Assembly (NCBI GenBank): GCA_964016885.1
Contig: OZ024743.1
Location: 189,162,001 to 189,226,000, forward strand
Reading direction: 5' to 3'
Length of the DNA stretch: 64,000 bases
Source: Eledone cirrhosa
Lineage: Eukaryota
Shown here: positions 1-11,953 of the stretch, piece after piece
Numbering within the stretch: the first letter of the stretch is position 1
How the letters are laid out: every line of letters starts with the position of its first letter
Notes under the pieces: generated by a model
What the model was told of the DNA's origin: nothing
Databases searched by the model: none
Seen by the model: the letters and a program-made list of their open reading frames with translations, nothing else
Translations under genes and position numbers: made by a program

Positions 1-128
1 ATATATACATACACACACGTATATATATATGGCCTTCCAGTTTCATTTCACATTATATTTTAATTATTTTAATTATTTAAAAATTATTTTTAAGTAAACA
101 CATCTTTTTTTAAATATTCTGAAGTGAA

Positions 129-157
129 CGTGACCCAATGGGTCACGGGTGGTCTAG
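129..157 (+). mobile_element. Helitron 3' terminus (hairpin + CTAG); 5' part not resolved
   Basis: Perfect 8-bp stem CGTGACCC-aat-GGGTCACG (129-147), 6 nt upstream of CTAG (154-157), followed by T: the canonical Helitron 3' end. Confidence 0.65.
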
Positions 158-367
158 TATAGATTAAATTCACAGTGATTCAATGCTTAACACTAACGCT
201 TTTCTCAGCTTGTTTTTTATACCTCTCTCATATTTGCTATTGAACTCTGTGTGGCTTTGGTTGTTTTCTTAAATTTGCTTATCATTGCACGCCTCCTTGA
301 ATTTTCCTTGTAGTCTGTGGGTGATATAAATTCCCACAAGATCAGTTACTTCCGCCGAATGATTGGA

Positions 368-1684
368 ACCCACAGACTACAAGGAAAATTCAAGGATCTC
401 CACGGTGGACTCTACCGTAGATGATGCGCTCCTATTAGTTAAGCATATGAATAACCAGAATTTAGAAAGGATGCGTAAAAATATTCGAAAGCTTTTTAAG
501 GAACTAGGATTAAATATTACGTTTGAATATAACCTCAAAGAGGTTAATTTACTTGATGTAACTTTGAATCTCAATACAGAAACGATTAAACCGTCCCATA
601 AACTAAATGAGAACCTTAAATATGTAAATACGGGTTCTAACTATCCACCCTCTATAATTAAATCCATCCCTAGAAATATTTCCCTTAGAATCTCCCGCCT
701 GTCGTCCAACCAGCAAACCTTCAAAGAACATGCCGAATATTATGATGATGCACTTAGGAAGGCTGGACACCTAGATAATATAGAGTATATAGTCGACGAT
801 CACCAAAATACCCAAAATAAATCTCATAGAGGTAGAAATAGCATAGAATCACCACCATACATACACTACCGCATTAGACACACTAATAGTCGCACACCAC
901 CAAACAGAAGGCGATGTAAAGAGTATATATGGTACAACCCGGTCTATAACAACTCTATTAAAACCAATCTACCCTCATAATTCTTTCGATTAGTTAAAAA
1001 ACATTTTCCAACATCACATAAATATAATAAAATCTTAAACCCTAGCACTATTCGACTTTCATATTTAACCGCCTCTAATATTGAACAACATATAAAAATG
1101 CTTAACGAAAAACGGTTGTATAAACGCCTTCCAACACATAACAATACACCTTAAAACATCGGCTATAACATCACAAAACAACAAACAACATCCCGACCTG
1201 CCTAAGCAACCTCATCAACCCATCCATGATAATACAACAACGCAAAATTATAACTGTAACTGTGTCCAACCAGGAATGTGTCCGTTGAACAATCAGTGTC
1301 TTGAACGCAACATCATATACAAATGTACTATCGAATCGGGTAGCCAGAAGTGGTACTATATGGGGTCTACAGCTACCTCCTTCAAATCTCGCCTTTATAG
1401 ACATCGTTACTCGATAAAACATGAAAACCAGCGTTATGTAACAACACTTGCAGACAAGGCTTGGCAGCTGCGCGAAAATAACCAACAATTTAACTTAAAA
1501 TGGGATATAATAGTAGATGCCCCTGCATATACTCAAGGACAGGAATTTTGTAAATTGTGTAATATGGAATTATTTTGTTATGAAATCCAAAAATATTTTA
1601 TTAAATAACAGAATAGAGCGATCGTTATACTGTAACCATCGCTTGAAATCTACATTTTCATATTACAAACGCTACCAGGATTGA
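368..1684 (+). pseudogene. PLE reverse transcriptase (C-terminal half) + GIY-YIG endonuclease, frameshifted
   Basis: ORFs 363-980 and 1276-1608 plus frameshifted pieces; the terminal frame MKSKNILLNNRIERSLYCNHRLKSTFSYYKRYQD* ends at 1684. Confidence 0.85.
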
Positions 1685-2163
1685 ACGCCTGTATCTTTCT
1701 CCGTTTGATTGTCAAAATACATATTAACATTCTCTATTAGTCTTAATTCTATCAACTCTTCTATCTTTACCATTTAATATAAACTGCTATAGATAAAATG
1801 AGATTTTTTAATTCAATTCCCTAATGCATATACCAGCAGGCTCCCAGCATTGTTGTTATACAGTAGCAGTGAAAATCTCCCTCTTCCTTAATTGACACTT
1901 TATATCTGTATTAATACTACTACACCAAACAACCAGCCCTGTCTATTGTTTAATTGGTCAAATATAGATTAAAATAGGCACTCCCAAAAATTCTTATTTA
2001 GATAAAATAAGCCATATACTCATTGTATTCTAATTAAAAACCTTCTATATACTTGTTTACCAGCAAATTGAATTGCCATCTGTCATATAATATCCCCTCC
2101 CTTCTTCCTTTCTTACAACTAATATAAATACTTCAATTTTTCAGATTTTTTCCAATTTATCCA

Positions 2164-2284
2164 ATATCTCTGAAGAAGTGACAACTGATTATACATCTGC
2201 TATCGAATACTTGCTAACATTATATGATTACGCAAGCAGCGATACATAGGTATTCCGTCTGTTACAGAAACATATGTCAATACC
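2164..2284 (+). ncRNA. Type-I hammerhead ribozyme motif with long stem II insertion (probably decayed), in PLE 3' UTR
   Basis: CTGAAGA (2170-2176); stem II GTGACA/TGTTAC; GAAA (2267-2270); palindromic stem III A-CATATG-T; GUC triplet 2276-2278; stem I ATATCT versus AATAC is imperfect. Confidence 0.65.
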
Positions 2285-2328
2285 TGATAAATTCCTTTAT
2301 AAAAGCACTTTCATTTTATATTCATCTT

Positions 2329-2375
<47 letters not shown>

Positions 2376-2773
2376 GTCTACGATTTCACAGAACTTATGT
2401 TCACCGAATTCACAGACTAGATTCCTCCTTCTTCCTCCTGTTAGACCTGTACGGAATTCCTTCCTTGCTCACATTCCAACCAGGTTTGATGGTCTTTATT
2501 CTCTCTTGTTCACGATTTCACCGAACTTATATTCATGGAAATTTGGGACTTGACTCTTTCTTCCTCATTTTTCGTTGCTTCACCATCTTTGTTTGTTTAC
2601 ACTCTCGTGTCCCCTTTATTTACGTGCCCCAACGACTTTTTTAGCCGTTGCCCGCACCAACCGGAAGTATATGGTCTTTAAAGCGATGAAGTACCAATGA
2701 TGGTTGGAAGATCACTGATGAAGAACTAACTTTATTCATATGTAACCCATTAGCAACCACGCAGCACGTTTAT

Positions 2774-2994
<221 letters not shown>

Positions 2995-2995
2995 T

Positions 2996-3170
2996 GGAGG
3001 CACATGGCTTAGTGGTTAGAGCATTGGTCTTGCAATCGAAAGGTTGTGAGTTCAATTCTCAGACCGGTTGATGTGTTGTTTCCTTGAGCAAGACACTTTA
3101 TTTCACATTGCTCCAGTTTACTCAGCTGTAGAAATCAAGCCAGGGAAAAGCGGACCTAAAATGAAATGAA
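2996..3170 (+). mobile_element. tRNA-derived SINE family B, internally deleted copy
   Basis: A-box TGGCTTAGTGG, B-box GTTCAATTC, core CCTTGAGCAAGACACTT; colinear with the longer copy at 38677-39007. Confidence 0.85.
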
Positions 3171-3384
3171 ATAAAACAGAGAATGTTTGTCTGCCTGTCT
3201 GTCTGTCTCCCTAAAACTCGAGTTCAAACTTTACACATGTAATACTTATGGTCCTATTGAGTGTTCTGAGCAAAATAAATTTAAATTTTCAATGCCCTGG
3301 GGACCCCATTAGGCGATTTAGCGCGCCTTCATAAAATCTGTCTGTATACCTGGCTGTCTGCATTACGACATTATGACACGATCA

Positions 3385-3419
<35 letters not shown>

Positions 3420-3933
3420 TATATAGTGTGTATATATGTATATGTAGTGTGCATGTATATATATATTCTTATGCCAGGGAACGTCTTCCGCTTTTCCTTC
3501 GGTTGCAACGTTTTTTGAAATATTTACTTCTGCGTTCACAGATTGATTTTTTTTAGTTTCAGAAGATCCCGTTAAGGTTGAAAGCAGCGATTCTTTGCTT
3601 AAACATTAATATGTTATTTTAATATAGATATTCGTGTACAGATATTTTTGCATACACAAAAACAAAATATAAACAAACAAGGCTGGCGATTACATAATCA
3701 CATGCATCGCTGACATATTCTTTTTTTGCATACACAAAAACAAAATATAAACACACAAGGCCAACGATTACATCAGTTAGTCTTAGTGTACTTCATACTG
3801 CTTTTAGGTAGAAGATCCCGTTAAGGGTGAAAGCAGCAATTCATTTTCTGCGTTTACAGATTGATTTTTTTAGTTTCAGAAGATCCCGTTAAGTGTGAAA
3901 GCAGTGATTCTTTGCTTAAACTTTAATCTGTTA

Positions 3934-4025
<92 letters not shown>

Positions 4026-4851
4026 TAATCCGAGAGAAGCGAAATGAGGTGACTGGTTTAAGTTAACAAACGATGCAGCAACACACGCACACACACACAC
4101 AAACCAGACAACTACACACGCGCACACACACACACACAGTAGCATTCCACCATACGAACATACTACACTGCCAATACAGAGGAACAAGGCAACAACACAC
4201 ACACACTCAAGCGAGACAACAACACACGCACACACACACACAGTAACATTTAACAAACAGGCAGAGAATGGACTGACAGCTAGCGCCACCCCACTCCCAC
4301 ATTCGGCCGCTGACCTCTGCCCGACGGACCCCATTTCACGCGCACGCGCGCTCTGCTGAATACCTCAGATATTCAAAACAACAAACAGCGGAGGACGCGT
4401 TTCGCACCTTTCCGACAGACGGCCTTTCCCCCGCCCCGGAAAAAAACCCAGTTGATGGATGTGAATCAGAAATATATAGGGACAATTAAATCTCTCCCAA
4501 GGTATCTCTCTCTCGTGTTGTTATTTTTATTTTATCCTTTATACTCTTTCCTTCATTCTTCTACACGTATTATACACACCACGCATCTCAACGTACACCC
4601 ACTTACATCTCTCTCTCTCCACCACCGGATCTTGTTACCCGGAGATTTACGCATTTGCATTGTCGAGGCTTCTAAACGACTTAAAGATATTTACATATAT
4701 AATTATATATTCGTGTACAGATATTTTTGCATAAACAATAACAAAATATAAACAAACGTATTTATTTCACGAGGCTCGATAAGGATAAATATATATCAAA
4801 TATATAAGAACCCTAGAGCAAATCCCGAGCAACACCGGGCCATTCTGCTAG
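3171..4851 (+). mobile_element. Non-autonomous Helitron, unit 1 (internal repeats and an extra segment)
   Basis: 5' ATAAAACAGAGAATG(TCTG)n shared with unit 2; 3' CCCGAGCAACACCGGG hairpin + CTAG at 4848-4851; internal repeat GAAGATCCCGTTAAG..GAAAGCAG three times. Confidence 0.75.
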
Positions 4852-5145
4852 TATATATATAAAACAGAGAATGTCTGTCTGTCTGACTCCTTAAAACTCG
4901 AGAAACATCCAACCGATTGTTTTCAAACTTTACACATGTAATTCTTATGGTGCTGTGAGTGCTTTGAGCAAAGACAATTTCAAATTGTCCATGACCTAGG
5001 GACCGGATGAGGCGATTCAGCGATCTCTCTCTATAATTCTCAGTCTTTCTTTTTAGATAGATACATAGATATAACGTTGCGCCCTTATAATATCTGTCTG
5101 TATGTCTGGCTGTCTGCATTACGACATTATTACGTAGATGTGTGG

Positions 5146-5193
<48 letters not shown>

Positions 5194-5498
5194 TGTAACG
5201 TTTTTCGAAATATTTACTTCTGCGTTCACAGATTGTTTTTTTAGTTTCGGAAGATCCCGTTAAGGGTGAAAGCAGCGATCCGTTGCTTAAACTTTAATCT
5301 GTTATTTTAATATATATATATATATAATTAAATATTCATATATATAATTATATATTCGTGTAGAGATATTTTTGCATACACAATAACAAAATATAAACAA
5401 ACGTATTTATTTCACGAGGCTCGATAAGGATAAATATATATATCAAATATATAAGAACCCTAGAGCAAATCCCGAGCAACGCTGAGCCATTCTACTAG
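4852..5498 (+). mobile_element. Non-autonomous Helitron, unit 2 (head-to-tail with unit 1)
   Basis: Starts TATATATATAAAACAGAGAATGTCTGTCTG directly after the unit 1 CTAG; last ~165 bp near-identical to unit 1; ends CCCGAGCAACGCTGAG..CTAG (5495-5498). Confidence 0.75.
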
Positions 5499-5499
5499 T

Positions 5500-5685
5500 C
5501 GGTGAATTGGCAGTATCGGTAGAGGGTTGGATGCCATGCTTTCTAGCATAGTTACGTCCCTTTACAGTCTGAGTTCAAATCCCGCCGAGGTTAACTTTGC
5601 CTTTCATCCTCACGGGGTCGATAAAATAAAGTACCAGTAATGTACTGGGTTATTGTTGGCCTTGTGCCTAAAGTAGAAACAATTA
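5500..5685 (+). mobile_element. tRNA-derived SINE family A
   Basis: A-box TGGCAGTATCGG, B-box GTTCAAATCC, core GCCTTTCATCCT..GGGGTCGATAAAATAAAGTACCAG, tail GGCCTTGTGCCTAAAGTAGAAACAATTA. Confidence 0.9.
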
Positions 5686-6404
5686 ATATATATAATGGTA
5701 ATAAAAAAAAGTAAATTATGAAACGTTGACCTTAATAACATTCCAGGTGTTTATGTCATGACAGAAAGTGAAATATCTAAAATGATTCTTAGTCAGTGTG
5801 GTTCTAATAATGATGATAAAAACAAAGATTGCATAGATAACACAGTGTAAATGGCACTTCTATGTGATAATATGGTGAAAATGTATGATGAACTTATTAC
5901 AAAACTAGGGTAGCAAGTGTTCATCCTGGAACAATAGATCATGGCAAACACTTAATTGAAAGAGAGACTACTTTTTCAGAAGACCTAGCTAATAAAATAG
6001 ATGTTATTTGAAGAATTATTTGAATAAAAATGTGTACTTTAAGTAATTTAATAAATAAGTGAATTGAATATTGATTGAAAATTAGCCCATGAACAAACAT
6101 AGGGTGATATAGCAATCAATACTGTAATACTTGTGTAACTAAGATTAATTATTTACATTGCTAAAAGTTACAAGTGGACAATTGATTTGTTGATTTGCAG
6201 AATAAGTAAAGTGTTGGAGAAAATGTTTTGGAGAATTCAGAATTGTCTATGAACATTCTGTATTGAATATCTGTCGAAGTCAACTTTGTAGTTCATATAG
6301 TAGATGAAACAGATATCAATGAAGTTTTGTTGATCAATGAAATCAGAATACACCTACCATCAAATAGCTTGGGATACTGTTAGAAATCATTATTATAAAT
6401 TGTA

Positions 6405-6591
6405 GGCGGTGGATTGGCAATATCAGTAAAGTGTCGGACGCCATGCTTTGCAGCAAAGAGTTACGCCCCTTTATGATCTGAGTTCAAATCCAGCCGAGGT
6501 TAACTTTGCCTTTCATCCTTACGGGGTCGATAAAATAAAGTACCAGTAATACACTGCGATAATTGCTGGCCTTGTGCCAAAAATAGAAATA
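6405..6591 (+). mobile_element. SINE family A with degenerate 16-bp TSD, followed by older diverged SINE copies (6608-6943)
   Basis: Full head-to-tail match to family A; TSD ATTATTATAAATTGTA (6389-6404) / ATTATTATATGTTATA (6592-6607). Confidence 0.9.
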
Positions 6592-8976
6592 ATTATTATA
6601 TGTTATAAGCAGATGGATTGGCATGATCAATAGCACAATGGCGATTAATCAAGTCTTTTTATATTCAAATCCTACCGTAGCAAAATGTGCCTTTAATTAT
6701 TTTGTGTTTGATAAAATAAAGTACCATTTAAATATTGTGCTGATGTAATCAATCTCGATCTCTTCATGTCTTGTGTACAAAATGTAAAGGTGAAAGGCAA
6801 AGCTAATCCCACTGAGGTTAGCTTTGTCTTTCATCTGTATGGGGTCAATAAAATAAAGTATCAGTAATACACTGGGGTCAGTTTACTAGGCTTTCCACTA
6901 CCCCAACATTGTTGGTCTTGTGTCTAAATCAGAAACCACAATTAGTTTTTATTTACATCACTATATTTCGAGTTTGTGTCCTACAAAATCCAACTTTGCC
7001 TTTCTTCTTTTTATGAGGTCAATAGTCAATTGTACATTCTTCCAAATGATGTATTATGTTTCTACGTTAGATCATTCAATGATCATCAAAGAATAATGGA
7101 TAACAAAATCAGTAATTCACCAGATAAAATGTATTGTAACATAGAATTACATACATTTATTTTGTAAATTTCGAGGGTGTAGGCTTCGATTTCTGTTTTT
7201 GATTATGCTATGAAAAGGTTTGGTTTGATATCTTTGTTGATCAACATGCCCCTTAATATAGTTACTATGTTATTGCTGCATGCTTGCTGCATGCTTATGC
7301 AATTGTTTCTCAGTTTTCACAAACAAGTGAGTGCGTATTGACCACTTCATAGCTACCAACCTATTTGTGGTTATATTCAGTCCTTTAGGGATTGGATAGC
7401 CTGAAGCATGTGGTTTTTTTATGTTAATTACAATGTTTACTATTGATCTTAGCCTTTTACTAAAATAAGTGTGTGTGCATGTGCATGTATGTGTATTTGA
7501 GAAGTATTTTGAAGTCTTTTATGGTTTTTGTATTGGTCCACTTCCTCTTTGCAGGATAATGACCACAAAAAAGCTTTTCTCTAAAATGTTTCCTTTAATA
7601 TTTTTAAACATTTCACAAAATATTTTCTGTTGCTTATTACTTATCTAGACGTTTTTCATTGTGTAATTATCTTCTAGTCTCTAACTAATAATTCCCTTAT
7701 TGATAAAAGGAAAGGCTTTAATGCTTTCATATTATATTAATCAATCTGCCTTTGCTTGCTTCTAATACTTTTTAGATCAACTGTAATAACCATTTATCTA
7801 TATCAGTTTTATTGCTGAATGCAATGAATAGTTTCCTGGTTTCCCTATCTAAATTCTTCTGATCAATTAATAACCAAATTTATATTCAAGCTAAAATATA
7901 TGACTGAGATAGCCAATTCATTTATACCAATAATCTTATTTTGGGTATAGAGTACTGTTTTTAATATTAGACAGTCTTTCTGTAGTACTCTTTTTTACAT
8001 TTCTCTATAAATTCTGTATGCTGTAACCCATCAGTTCCCTCTGCTTCTATATACTTATATGCATTTTCTTATTTCTCTGATTTTAACATCTTAATATTTT
8101 TGGTTTTAAGAAGTTTACTTTTTCTTGAAGTAGCTTATTTTGATATCAGTGGTAATTTTGTGTACATATTTTAATATGTTTCTGAGCTGGGTCAGGTTAT
8201 TTTTTACATTAAAAATACATCAGTATGGAGTAAATACTTCATAGTTTATTCACAAAAATTGTACCCATTACTTGTTTGATTCGAAATACATGTTAATGGA
8301 CTCAGAATATTACACAAATGTAATGGGGATGTGGTGTCTCCTTGAAATATTTCAACTGTTTGGCATGATTTTCATCATCACTCTGTCATGCAGTGTTATT
8401 AAAATTTTCTATTTTTGGCCTACATGGCATAGTGTGTATACTGGCTTACAAAAGGGACAAGTTTGTTTACATATAGTGTTTAGTGGTTTGGTGTGATGTG
8501 GTAGGTTGTGAAACTTTTTATTCATCCATGCCATGTTTTTAGATTTTTTTTTACAGTCAATAACTTCTCAGCTTACCAATAACTCTTCTTCACAACTACA
8601 TATCCCTTTCTGACACTTTCCCCCCCTCTGGTAAAATGTTATTACTTTCCAGCTGAGCAACCAGCCTACTGGAGAGTATAGGTGTCATGGATTTATATAT
8701 TATTGGTAAGCAGGTTATTTGTCTGTAGTTTTTGGAAATTGATTTTATTTTCCCTCTAGTAACCAGTCAGGTGTTGATACTGTTCTATGTAGTAATTCAT
8801 TGAATACTAATGTTAGAGTTTCATGTTGGTATGTAACCCCAGGCCAGCCCAGCCCCAACAAATGTATGTTTAAAAAATTCAAGCAGTAACTGTCTAGTCT
8901 TTAATTCATACATTAGTGTATCTAAAAAGAAGAAAAGTAAAACAATAATGATTATGATGATGTTAATAATAATGAT

Positions 8977-9192
8977 AATTGTTTCTGATTTAGTCATAAG
9001 GCCAACAGTTCTTTGAGAAAGGGAAAGTCGATTAAATTGGCCCAAGTACATTACTGGTACTTTATTTTATCAACCTCGTAAGGATGAAAGGCAAAGCTAA
9101 CCTCGGCGGGATTTGAACTAAGAACGTAAAGGAACATAACTGTCGTGAAGCAGAGTGTCCAATGCTCTGCTGATACTGCCAATTGATCACCC
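8977..9192 (-). mobile_element. SINE family A
   Basis: Reverse complement of the family A core (CTGGTACTTTATTTTATC..GGATGAAAGGCAAAG..GGATTTGAAC). Confidence 0.85.
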
Positions 9193-9596
9193 TTATAATA
9201 ATAATGATGCTGATTTCTGATATTGGCAAAAGGCAAGCAATTTTAAAGGGAAGGTTAAGATGATTATATTGACCCCAGTACTTGACTGGTAATTTATTTA
9301 ATCAAATTTGTGTAGGTTATGTGGTGTTCATGTGGAAACCCCTAATCGTCTGGTGCACAAAAATTACCTGTTGTTTTAGGTGCTCAGGGTACTGTTTTGA
9401 ATGTCATATATGTTGACTGGGAATAAAAATACAGGTGGAAGTTATTCAAAAAACATCTTTGTTGAACATAGCTAGGCCATTGTGGAATGTTTGGTCTCTG
9501 TATGCAATGCAAAAGGATCCACGTAGCTTTGGTGTCTTTTTTACTGCATAGAAAACAAACCAGCCTCCTTACATCAATTGTCTGTGCTTATGTTCA

Positions 9597-9809
9597 ATGA
9601 TTGGCAATATCGGTAGAGCATCAGATACCATGCTTTGCGGTATAGAGTTATGGCCCATTACGTTCTGAGCTCAAATACTGCCGAGGTTAGCTTTGCCTTT
9701 CATCCTTACGGTGCCGATAAAATAAAGTAGCAGTAATGCAACGGGGTCAATTTAATTGACTTTCACCTCCCCAAAAATTGTTGACATTGTGCCTATAGTA
9801 GAAATCAGC
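9597..9809 (+). mobile_element. SINE family A; its (ATT)n tail abuts the LINE 5' end
   Basis: Family A head and core; tail GTAGAAATCAGC followed by (ATT)n at 9810-9832. Confidence 0.85.
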
Positions 9810-10056
9810 ATTATTATTATTATTATTATTATGGCCGCACATGTGTGAAGACAGTACAAATCTGCGGGGGAAAAGGTTCGTAACTTTAAGCTGTTTTAAA
9901 GTGTCATTTTTTGTATTTTCTTGTCGTTAACGAAACTTAAGGTACACATCTTGATTTAAAGAGAGGGATACCTCTCAATATTCGGGCTTTAAGCCCGAAT
10001 ATTCAGATTTATTTTTAAAAACTTCAAAAAAATCACTTCCCCACCAAAAGAAAATT

Positions 10057-11944
10057 ATGGAAATTTTCGACCTTGAAACGGTAAACAACGTTCAGGTCAA
10101 AAGTTTAAAGGCAGCCACTGGAGATTTCACCACGACTACGACGGCTACAGTCATGCCTGTCATCCACTCTACTGAATGTGAAGGCAAAACTCAAAAGCTG
10201 CCGTCACAACCTTCTGTGATAGCAGCAGTATCATCTGAAAACGACATCACCACCACCACCACCACAACAACAACTCAGAGCAATAACGACAATAACACCG
10301 ACAGCTTCAATGTAAACAAGGATGGCGGTGGCAACACCAATAACAACAGCAAGAATGACAACAACAATAAGAGCATCAGAAACACCACATTTGCTGCAGC
10401 AGCAACAAAAACAAAGCGCTTATTGAATATTGATATTGATATTAGCAATAAAGACGAACAGTTGGCCAAAGCGTGGAGGCTAATTAAACGGGAGAAGTCC
10501 TGGGCAAGCCTGACCATCCCGGATGAGGCAATAGCGGCCATGCAAAGGAGGACGGTGTTCTTTCGATGTATTTCGGTGCAGACACGAAAAGTGGAACTTG
10601 CGAGCCAAGCAGAGGTAGAGGCTGCTTTGGAGTACATCGGAAGTAACATAGAGTACAAAGCAAGAGGCAAACAGTTCGGTACCATCTCGGTACTGTTCAA
10701 AACCGAGGCCCTCGCTATTAAGCTCTCGGTGACCCCCTGCAGAACGGAACGCATTATCATGCATCCGTCCTATATGGGTAAAAGGACAGTGAAGGTACGC
10801 ATTCCCAGCATCCCACCAGGAATGAACATATGGTGGCTGCTGGGATGCGTAATCGAGGAGGAGACAGACACTACCATCCTGGACATCAAAAGGACAGAGA
10901 GAGAGGACTGGTCCGGAATGGATTTGGAGATTCTTCTCCAAATGAAACCGGAGGATATGAATAACATCCCGGATTTTTCCCGCCTGCAGGACGGGACGAC
11001 AATCCAACTAATGATTGACAGAAGAAGGCCACGCTGCTTCGTCTGCGGGGAAGCAACGCATCTTTAAGCCTTCTGCCCTCAGCGCAAAAATGCAGGGGGT
11101 CACAAACCTCCTTTGTTGCCAACGCCAGTGTCAGCACGGAAAGCTGCACCACCACCACCACCACCAAAAACAACATCAACAAAAACATCAAAAGCAGCCG
11201 GACCCCCCCCCCCCCCCATTATACACATAGACAAAACAATAAACGCACACACAGACACAGACCCTTTGTCTTCCAGCAGCGAAGATGAAGGAAAACCCAA
11301 AAGTGCAAAAAAAAACAGAGAGAACTCACAAAAAAAAAAGCCCCAACAAAACACAAAAACACACACATCAAAAAATACAGACACCACTAACGCAAACATT
11401 TTCTCCAATAACATCATCACCAACAGCAACATCGACACCACCTCCACAATCCCCGAAACGAAAACAACCTAAACAAACACAAGTACAAATAAACACACAA
11501 ATACCTGAAATTGCCGACACCACACCTACAACAAACATAGACATACCCGAAACAACACCACCAAAACCATCGCCACCACCTTCACCAAAACGAAAACAAA
11601 TAAAACCACACCAACAAAATGTTAAAAACTTCATGCTTGTCAGAAGGGCCAACGATAAACTGATGGCCCTCTTAGCGTGAAGCGAGGGCATTCAAACAGA
11701 GGGGGAGATTTTTGAAATGAGCACATTTTGCGTGCCAGAAGATTTGCTTCTGGTCCGAATGTCACTCAATTCCTTCAAAGAAATTCGAGAGAGCTTTCCT
11801 CAAGACGTGGGAACCCCGAATGTGAAACCCACATCAAGACTTTTAAAGGTGTTCCCAAAAGAAACCCCACCAACCATGGAGGTCGAACCACCCGACCTTC
11901 ACAAGACCCGGGAGGTAAGTAAACCTTCCCTCTCTCTCTCTTAG
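10057..11944 (+). pseudogene. LINE ORF1 (gag-like nucleic-acid-binding protein), disrupted
   Basis: 336-aa ORF ending in CFVCGEATHL*AFC, a CCHC knuckle split by a premature TAA at 11065; followed by frameshifted Pro/Thr/Lys-rich pieces up to the ORF2 start. Confidence 0.75.
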
Positions 11945-11953
11945 CTTACCAAT

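Larger units (their letters stand above)
294..2331 (+). mobile_element. 5'-truncated, 5'-inverted Penelope-like retroelement (Naiad-like), decayed
   Basis: RT catalytic motif HGGLYR/DD (frameshifted at ~420), then LFKELGLNIT..LDVTLNL..YVNTGSNYPPSIIKSIP, IWYNP, a CNC..CPL..QCL linker, GIY-YIG endonuclease (IIYKC..YYMGST..FKSRLYRH), CKLC and C-terminal LLNNR..CNH. The 3' UTR holds a hammerhead motif and ends at (TA)n. Confidence 0.85.

Noticed and set aside
1250-1684. Selenoprotein-type recoding (in-frame TGA at Cys positions), reported for some Naiad PLEs
   Set aside because: Conserved Cys positions here are TGT; disruptions are frameshifts or TAA, and no convincing SECIS was seen.
9833-9900. 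HDV-like ribozyme at the LINE 5' end (GGCCGCA..TGCGG)
   Set aside because: Only a 5-bp pairing; the nested P1/P2/P3 pseudoknot could not be built.
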